A stretch of 64,000 nucleotides of DNA, taken from Emiliania huxleyi CCMP1516. Its lineage: Eukaryota. Below, one piece after another: positions 56,301 to 64,000 of this stretch. The stretch is taken from NCBI RefSeq assembly GCF_000372725.1, contig NW_005201176.1, positions 62,001 to 126,000 on the forward strand. Reading direction: 5' to 3'. A model generated the notes under the pieces. It saw only the letters and a list, made by a program, of their open reading frames with translations, did not search any database and was not told where the DNA came from. A program made the translations under genes and the position numbers. Numbering within the stretch: position 1 is the stretch's first letter; each line of letters starts with the position of its first letter.

Positions 56301-57633
56301 ACTGGTTGGGTAGTAGTCTAAGTTCTGAGCCTCGAGGCTGAGCGGGTCTAAGTGTGACTAGTCACGCTGGGGTGCTTACGCGGTCTAAGATCAGCGAGAG
56401 CCTCTTACATCGGCTAAGTCGGCCGTGGCACAGCCTGGGGCCAAGAGGCTCCCACCGTGATCAACGATACGGCGCTAGCCCCCAAATTTTCTTCGCCTGC
56501 GGCGGGCGCCTTCTAATCCGGATCGATCCTTCTCATGCTCAGCAATCGCCGCCTCAGCATCCTCCTCTTCCGATTCTCGTTGCTCTTCTTGAGCGCAATC
56601 TTCAAGCCAAACAGTTCTCACAAATAGCCTCAAGCTCAAACAAACGCATGTCAAGGAAGCCTGTGTATGCTGGTCCTCTTTGAACGATCCGCGCGTGAGG
56701 TAGATCTAGCATAGGGCCTTGTTGGCAGCAGCCAGCTTGTTGCGCTGCTTCGTTGCGATGAGCTGATTGGGATCGCAGAAGTGCATGCCAAGCACCGCCA
56801 CGATCTTGAAGCAGAACACATCGCAACCGCATCGTCCGCACTGCCATCGGCATGCCGCGCCCGCCGCTTCGCCGCAGCCGCCTTAAGACACGCATAGCGG
56901 CAGCACATGGTACGGTGCGCGTACTTGAGCAGGAGTTGCGCGCCGCAAGTAGCGCACTGGCCCTGGGACAAGGCGATATGGCGTCGTGCGCGGCATACGT
57001 TGGTCGGGACGCGTCCAGGTATTTTTCGGGTAAACCTGGACTTTTGCAGGTATACCCGGGTTTTACCCGGATTTGGCCTTGTGCCGTCTAAGTTCATGGC
57101 CCCCGACCATACAGCGTCTAAGTCCGAGCCCGGCTCCGTGCGGGGGCTAAGTTGAGCGCTCGCTCGCTGCAGAGGCTAAGTGTAGAGCGACCCTCTAGCC
57201 CTACTACCCCAGGTGGCGTTTATTTTTGCTTGGGCGGCACTCATGCCGGGGTAGGTAGGGTAGGTCTGGGCCCTCCCGTCGGGTTTTTCCCTCTCTTCAA
57301 GCTGGAATTTTCCCAGCAAAAAAAGAAATTTTCCGCGGAAATCACGATGTCAACCCTCCCCAAATGGGTGATCTGATGCTTGTAGGGCTTGAGAGTGGCC
57401 TCCCATGTCACAAGAAGGACTGTGGATGCAGGAGAGTACCACCAACCATCACTCTAGTTGGTATAGTACCCCACCTTCACCCATCGAGTGATTTCTTTTT
57501 TAGTTTCCCATAAGTAGGGTAGGTAGGTAGGTAGGTAGGTAGGGGCACCGCAGGGGCCGGCCAGGGTTTTTGCAGAATTTCAGCATGAGTGCCGCCCAAG
57601 CAAAAATAAACGCCACCTGACTACCCAACCATT
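56301..57633. mobile_element. Copy 2 of the ACTGGTTGGG-TIR transposon, with a nested MITE in its right TIR
   Basis: Same ends as copy 1; TSD AAACGCTC at 56293-56300 and 57634-57641. Confidence 0.92.
57210..57619. mobile_element. MITE, 410 bp, perfect 37-bp TIRs, 7-bp TSD
   Basis: CAGGTGGCGTTTATTTTTGCTTGGGCGGCACTCATGC (57210-57246) and its reverse complement (57583-57619). ACTACCC at 57203-57209 and 57620-57626. Confidence 0.95.
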
Positions 57634-57779
57634 AAACGCTCGGCCTCGTCGTCGATGGTCGAACCCTGCCACGAGTTTTTTATTTTTGATTTTTGACTGC
57701 TCAAGGGAGCTCTCGCGTGAACTGGTAGAGTAATGAGTATCTGTTTTGTTGGGGAAAATAAATGGGCAACCTCAGCCTC

Positions 57780-58421
57780 TCAAAAGTCGTCGTCCCCACC
57801 ATCCTCGTCTACGATGGCGGCGACGAAGCGGTCGATGGCGCGCTCGCCCTCCGAGATCTGGAGCAGCGCCAGCCGGCCCGCGCTGAGCAGCACCGCCGTC
57901 GCGATCAAGGCTACGATCCAGAAGGGCGAAGCCGGCAGCCGGTCCTGCAGCAGGCCCCTGCAGAAGCAGCCAGCCGGCACCGCGAGCGCCCACGCGGGAA
58001 GGAGGGGGAGCACGGCATCGCGCACCGTCCTGGCATTGGCAGGGAATGCACCAACGGCGGGGCTGACCGCAAACCACGCCAGCAGGAACGGGGCGGCGGT
58101 CGTCAGCACAGAGCCGTCGGCTGAGTTATGGTTGCCGCGGCCAATTGCGGCAAAGGTGAGCAGCGCCGCAGCGTCGGCCGCGCCGGTCCACAGCGCCGCA
58201 CCGACGGCCGAACGCGGGGAGAACGGCTGCTGCTCCGACGATAGCGCACCGGCCAGTCGCTCTGCGACGGGTGGTTCTCCGGGCTCCTGCCCGGGCCGCT
58301 GCTCGGACGACTGCACCACCACGGCGCGGCTGGCGGCGGGAGCGGGCTTCCCCAGCGGAGGAGCGAAGGCGACGGCACTGGTGACATAAAGGGTGGCAAG
58401 GCTCAAACCGAGCCTGCTCAT
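57780..58421 (-). CDS. DUF3054-like membrane protein, probably plastid-targeted
   Basis: Signal peptide ending AVAFAP plus a transit-like segment. AADAAALLTFAAIGRGNH...VLTTAAPFLLAWF and further TM helices. Confidence 0.75.
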   Translation of the reverse strand: MSRLGLSLATLYVTSAVAFAPPLGKPAPAASRAVVVQSSEQRPGQEPGEPPVAERLAGALSSEQQPFSPRSAVGAALWTGAADAAALLTFAAIGRGNHNSADGSVLTTAAPFLLAWFAVSPAVGAFPANARTVRDAVLPLLPAWALAVPAGCFCRGLLQDRLPASPFWIVALIATAVLLSAGRLALLQISEGERAIDRFVAAIVDEDGGDDDF

Positions 58422-61400
58422 CGTGGCACAGTGCCGGTTGGGAGCGGAAAGACTTCAAGGCGAAGCACCTGGTGGTGCGATGGGCTCCCTCGCGTGTAGT
58501 GTCAGCGCGCTTGGCCCCTCGAAGGTGCAAAGGAAGAAATTGGTGTGCTGTGTATCTCGAGACCTCGAGAGAAGGCCGCCCGCAGGCGCCCAAGTCAAGA
58601 AGTGGCTTTTGTTGGGCAAAGGAAGAAACACCTCTCGTCGAGAAACGAATAGCCCCGGGGGGGGCATGATAGGGTGGCGGAATGCCAGAGCACTCCGCCT
58701 TTCGTGAGCTCATCGAGGTCGAGGAGCCATGTGCCCGGAGGCCGATACCTGAGAACTCAGGCGTATCCTCAACCTCGGAACAAATTGCCCCGCGCTGCCG
58801 CAAAACGCTCCAGTGGCTCGCGTGCGTTCTGTTCCTCGCTTGTTCTGCCGCGCCTGTCGCGCTAGCTTTGAGATCCTGCTCAGAGCTCGAGTCCTGCTCA
58901 GAGACCATCGGGATGCTAAGTTCGTACATGAATGGCGGCGGCAGCCCACCTCGCCCACCGCCAAAGCTGCCGCCGCCGCCGCCGCGTATGCCGCCACCTC
59001 CATCAAGTCCGCCATCGCTGCCACCGCTGCCACAACCGCCTCCACCGGCGCCGCGCTTGCGTGATGCCATGCGCTGGCCAAACTGGATTCCGCGCTTCCC
59101 CAACGAGAGCCAGCGGTGCTTGGAGCATGCGCCAACGAAACACGTACTGCGAGCCGTCTAAAAGCTCATACAAAAGCTCGCGCAGCGGAGCGCACCCAGC
59201 GGGTTGCTTCTCACGAATAGGTGGTCTCCTGGCGGACCGGGTCGTCGCAGAGCACAGGGTCGCAGGGCGTGGAGCACAAAGTCTGCCCCTCCCTCGTCGA
59301 CCTGTCCCACTGCGAGGTCTGCTGCTCTGCTCACCCAACCTTCACTGGGCCTTGCAGCCGCTCGGAAAATGCCGCGATCGCCCGTGCCCGGCCTGTCTGG
59401 GTGTGGAGAGGGGAACAGAGGGACAGAGGGCTGCCCGCCCCTGCCCCACCACTTTGTGTGTTGCCAGTTGCCTGCCCCTTCCGACCTGGCCTTCACCTCA
59501 TTAGGCCGAGACGCAGAGGGTCGACCCGTACCAGCCACAGCGGTGCGAGTCCTTGTCTTGCTTGACAGCCTCCAGCACGGATCTAGACGGAGTAGTAACA
59601 CCCCCGCCGTCGTCAGCCCTCTCCTCGTCCTCCTTGTCCTCCCTTGGCCAAGAGAGCAGCGTGCCGGTCTCGCGGGCGAAAGTCCGTCTCTCTGACTGCT
59701 GTTTGTTCCAAGGAAAGGTGCGTGCCGACAGCGAGGGCGGTCAACGCGACGGAGCAGGTGTACGAGCGCGCCGGGTTGAGCGCCGACTGCTGCGGCTCGC
59801 TCAGTTTCGTCTGCCACGCCTACGAGCAGTGGAGAGAGCGCTGCGAACTGCTATGACCCGCTCCTCTCCTCTCTGCAACTCACTGGCTTTCCCCCTTGCA
59901 GCTGCGCTGCGTTGCGCCTCAAGAGAGGAGAGGAGAGCGGAGAAGGCTTGGGCACCTCTTTGACGTGTCTCACCACATACACACGTACATATACATGTAA
60001 GTATCTCACGGACGAGTCGCCGACCACACCCACAAAGAACCCCTGCACAAAGATCGCAAGGGCGGGGACCTGTTTCACACCTTTTTACCCAAATAAATAA
60101 ATAAATAAAACGGGCAAACTCTGAGACGAGATGGGATTTAGGGACATGTGTCCCCGCCCTGCACGATCTTGGTGTGAGGGATCTTCAATCCGTGTCCCCT
60201 CACCCCTCGTCACAACCCGACACGGAAGAGCGGCAAGAGTTGGGGCTGCGGCTACGGCTGCGGCTATGAGAGGGGCCGGGGTCGCGGGAGAGCCGCTGCG
60301 CCGCGTGGACCTTTTTACCCATCTTCTATTAGAGGTGTCCGTTTTTATTTATTTATTTAATGCGTAAGTATGGGCTATGGCTAGGATAGGCTATGCAGCT
60401 GCGCAGTCGTACCATAAGGCATATCACACTGGGCAAATCGGCCGATTTCCCTCCCGCTAAATCATCACGGCCCCGTATAACACCCGCTCCGCGCGCGGTC
60501 AAAGGCTTCCCAGGGCCGGTCCATGACATGAACCGATAGACACAAGCCAAAAAAAACGCACCTCTAAGCTTCTCGGGCACCCCGAGGCCCATACGGCGCC
60601 CCGGCGGGCCCCGGCGGGGGTCCGGCGCGGCGCTCCAAATCCGCACTTCGCGAGAGCTTCTACGGGCGTTCACGCGGCCTCTCCGCCTCGTGAGGCACAC
60701 CCCACACCCACCACGAGTCCTGGGGCCGTGGGCGGACCTTTGGCCGCGGCGTCCGGAAGTTTGGTCGTCGAACATCGGCCCCCAACTAGGCCGTCGAGCG
60801 AACGTGTCCGGAGAGGCTCTCGGATGGGTCCGGCAGCGGTCCCATGGACCCAGAAGCTCGCCCCGGCGGAGCACTCACGGCTCGGCCCCCGCCCCTGGTC
60901 ACCCAGACGTGCCCTTGGACAGGCGTAGGGGCTCGGATGACGACGTTGGCGCCCGCGACGACGCCCTTCCCGACGTCGCATCTGGCCGAGACTACTCGCA
61001 CCACGGGCGCGGCGGCGCGGATGATCACATGGTTTGGGACTCTGAGCGATGGCAGAGGCCTTTTATTGCAAACGAGGACGCCCCGCGAGGCCCCGTCGGC
61101 CGGGAGTGGTGAGTAGGACCATAAACAAGCACTATATCCCGTACCGCGACCAGCCCACACACAGCCCAAACCGCTGCCAAACCGGCCCTGGTCACGCCGG
61201 CCGGGAGGCTGCCGGGGCGCCCAAACAGTCCCTCACGAACGCCACACGGGCCACCACGGCCCGTCCGGCGGCCCGAGTGCCGCCCCACACCCGCCCGACG
61301 CCCTCGGCCAGCCAGCGCCCACTTTGAGAGGCTTCACCGCCGCCAGCGCGCCGAGCGCGCCGCCCTCTCCTCGCGCCACACGGGCCCCTGGCCGCACGCC

Positions 61401-61554
61401 CGAGAGGCGGCCCATAATTTGAGTCGAGACGCGCCGCCGGCCAGCCAGCAGCTCGCCCGCCACCCGCAGAGTGCCGCCGCCGCCCCCAGCCCGCACTGGA
61501 GAGGCTCTCCCGGCCGCTAGCCGCTGTCGCGTCGCCCGGCGGCTGCGCTGGCAG

Positions 61555-61871
61555 CGTGGCGGTGAGGGCGGTGGGGGAGATGGCGGCGGCGGGCTGGGCA
61601 ATGGCGGTGAGGGAAGTGGCGGCGACGGGGGCGGGGGTGACGGTGGCGGCGGGCTCGGTGGCGGCGGCGAGGGCGGCGGCGGCGAGGGCGGCGGCGGTGA
61701 GGGCGGAGGGGGAGAGGGCGGGGGAGGGCTCGGCGGTGGCGGAGACGGGGGTGGTGGCGAGGGCGGCGGAGGCGAGGGCGGGGGCGGGCTCGGAGGCGGT
61801 GGTGACGGGGGTGGCGGCGAGGGCGGCGGTGGCGAGGGAGGCGGCGGCGATGGCGGGGGCGGGCTGGGGGC
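61555..61871 (-). repeat. Ser-Pro4 (SPPPP)n coding-like repeat running into a gap
   Basis: A 15-bp degenerate repeat reads PPSPPPPSPPPP on the minus strand. No gene model could be built. Confidence 0.6.
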
Positions 61872-63349
61872 NNNNNNNNNNNNNNNNNNNNNNNNNNNNN
61901 NNNNNNNNNNNNNNNNNNNNNNNNNNNNNNNNNNNNNNNNNNNNNNNNNNNNNNNNNNNNNNNNNNNNNNNNNNNNNNNNNNNNNNNNNNNNNNNNNNNN
62001 NNNNNNNNNNNNNNNNNNNNNNNNNNNNNNNNNNNNNNNNNNNNNNNNNNNNNNNNNNNNNNNNNNNNNNNNNNNNNNNNNNNNNNNNNNNNNNNNNNNN
62101 NGGGCGAGGGCGGCGTGCTCGCGACGGCGGCGCCGAGTCGCCCCGAGCGGAGCACGGCCAAAGGTCTGAGACGCGGGGAGGGCGGGGCGAGAGGTCGTCG
62201 TGGGGGCGTGGAGGCGCGGAGGCGACGTGCGGGGAGGGGGGGTGTATCACCGCCGTATCAACCCCACACTTGCCGCCGAGGGGCCCGGCGGGCTGAGGCG
62301 CGCAAGGCGGCTTTTGCTCCCGCGGGGCGGCTCTATCCGTCTCATCACGGCGTCCCGAGGTGTAGCCGTGTACCTGGCGGCAGGGCCATCACTCACGCGC
62401 CTACTCGCGGCACGAGGGAAGGCGTGACGCGACCGCGAGAGGCGAGATGGGTGATGGCGAGACAGTCGTTTGGCCCGTTTGAGGCAGGAGTGGTGGCCGC
62501 AAACGATGAGGACGACGAGGCATCGCGCCTGCTTTGGACGCAAAGTCCAGACCCACTGGCCTGAGGGGAGGGGCCTGGAATCCTGCCAGCACCTCCGCGC
62601 CGAAAAGCGTGATTGAGGATTTTCTGACGCCAGCCGCCGCCGGCCGCCAAGCGGACACTAGGGAACTGCGCGACGACGACGACATTTCTGACCGGGAGCG
62701 ATCACCACCGCCCTTCTGGTGGTGTTTGCCGGTCGGGGGGGCGTCGGCACCACCGTCGTTCCGCGCGGATGTTGCAAACGGTGGCTCGGGGCGCCTATTT
62801 CGGCAGCCCCGGGGCGGGAGCCGAGGAGGGGCAGCCGTTGCGGTCCTGGCGCCATCGCAGCTCGGCGGCGCGTGGAGAGCCGAGCGGCTCCCAGCGATCC
62901 CGCGAGACAACGGCCCGCATCCGTCACGGATGCCGCGCCCACGCTGCGCGGCGCAAGCGCCATATGGGGGAAGCAGCTGGTCCGCGCCCCGTTTTCTGCA
63001 GTGTCGAGTACTTTACTTCGAAGGCGCAGAGAACTCTGCAGTCTGCTGGAAAGTGGAATTTAGTGGGTTGGCGAGAAGGGGGGGAGAGCCCAATGTGTTC
63101 TCCCCCCAGCCGAGACCCGCAGTGCGCAGACGGATTTAAGATGTAGAAGAGATGAAGTATACCAGACCATGCGGACAAGGACATGAGGTATGCAGTGTGT
63201 TGTGTGTCTGGAGTCTGCCTCCTGTACACCAGCCTCCCCACGAACACCGAGTCTGCGCCCGCCAAAACACGTACTACGGCCGCCTATGGTCGCACATGCA
63301 CGTTCGCGCAATGAGAGCTGCCTCAAAGAGCTGCCCCCCCCCCCCCTCC

Positions 63350-64000
63350 CTAGTACTTGATGCCCTTGGAGTCGAGCAGCTTGCCGAGCGGCGACTCGGG
63401 CTTGATGGGCGGCTTGAAGGGGTAGTACTTGCCCGGTGGTCCCGGGTTCTTGACCAGCTCCTCCTTGATGATGCCCTCGACCGTCTCGCGGAAGTGTGCA
63501 ATCTCGTACACCTTCTCGGCCGCCGCCGCGGGCACGACGACCACGCCGTCCTGGTCGCCGATGATGGCGTCGCCCGGGCGGACCACGACCGGGTTGGTCT
63601 GCCCCAGCTCGATCACGCCGTTGCACTCCCACGGCTGCATCGCCGCCGGGCCCTGCTTGGCGGTCGTCGAGTGCGAGAAGCAAGGGAAGCCGTACGACAG
63701 GATCTCGTCGGTGTCACGGACGGATCCGTCGGTGACGAGCCCGCCTAGGCCGAGCTGCTTTAGCCGCAGGAACTTGATGTCGCCGCCCACCGACTCCCAC
63801 GGCCCGACTGACGAGATGCAGAGCACCTCCTTCGGGCCACACAGCTCGAAGGCCTCGTACTCGGGCGAAATCTCGCCCGCCGGCTTGTCGGCGGCGATGT
63901 CGGGCCGCTGCGGGACCATGCGCAGCGTGATCGCGCGGCCCTTGCACTTTTGGCCCGGCTTCAGCCCGCGCGCACCCTCCACCATCGCCGGAGGCCAGCC
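63350..64000 (-). CDS. RraA / HMG-aldolase family protein, 5' end beyond the window
   Basis: GRAITLRMVP, GGLVTDGSVRDTDEI, VVVRPGDAIIGDQDGVVVVP. Confidence 0.88.
   Translation of the reverse strand, partial: GWPPAMVEGARGLKPGQKCKGRAITLRMVPQRPDIAADKPAGEISPEYEAFELCGPKEVLCISSVGPWESVGGDIKFLRLKQLGLGGLVTDGSVRDTDEILSYGFPCFSHSTTAKQGPAAMQPWECNGVIELGQTNPVVVRPGDAIIGDQDGVVVVPAAAAEKVYEIAHFRETVEGIIKEELVKNPGPPGKYYPFKPPIKPESPLGKLLDSKGIKY

Noticed and set aside
58682..59161. Pro-rich ORF with a hydrophobic segment
   Set aside because: No recognisable domain and no convincing start; may be a gene fragment but cannot be supported.
60366..63150. Possible large element or gene around the SPPPP repeat
   Set aside because: No matching termini, TSD or recognisable domain found, and a gap interrupts it.
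1..64000. tRNA, rRNA or snRNA genes; autonomous transposase or RT ORFs
   Set aside because: None recognised by eye; a covariance-model and HMM scan would be needed to exclude them.

Overview
GC-rich, intron-containing eukaryotic DNA from a draft scaffold with five N gaps (8712-8811, 19149-19248, 31455-31554, 55219-55381, 61872-62101). Very high GC, frequent GC-AG introns and 10-11-mer tandem repeats in introns resemble a haptophyte such as Emiliania/Gephyrocapsa huxleyi (inference, not a search result). Genes: two F-box-like/RCC1 proteins, a HYD1-type ADP-ribosyltransferase, an EF-hand voltage-gated K+ channel, a TM/HET-like/LRR protein, a frameshifted F-box-like/Kelch gene, an R2R3-Myb gene duplicated in inverted orientation, a ~17.5 kb HECT E3 ligase, a RING protein, a secreted cystatin, an SDR, a BspA-type LRR fragment, a GT31-like glycosyltransferase, a broken LRR/multi-TM/HET-like receptor, lipoate-protein ligase, a DUF3054-like protein and an RraA-family protein. 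Mobile DNA: three non-autonomous TIR families with exact target-site duplications (one nested inside the terminal repeat of another), ten pieces of a non-LTR retroposon 3' end with an 8-mer tail, and RLE-type LINE fragments. The most striking signal is about 13 short introns whose 5' end or junction copies the start of the next exon. Several share one acceptor cassette and some need GA donors, which suggests an intron-generating process. Exon structures were read by eye and need RNA-seq confirmation.
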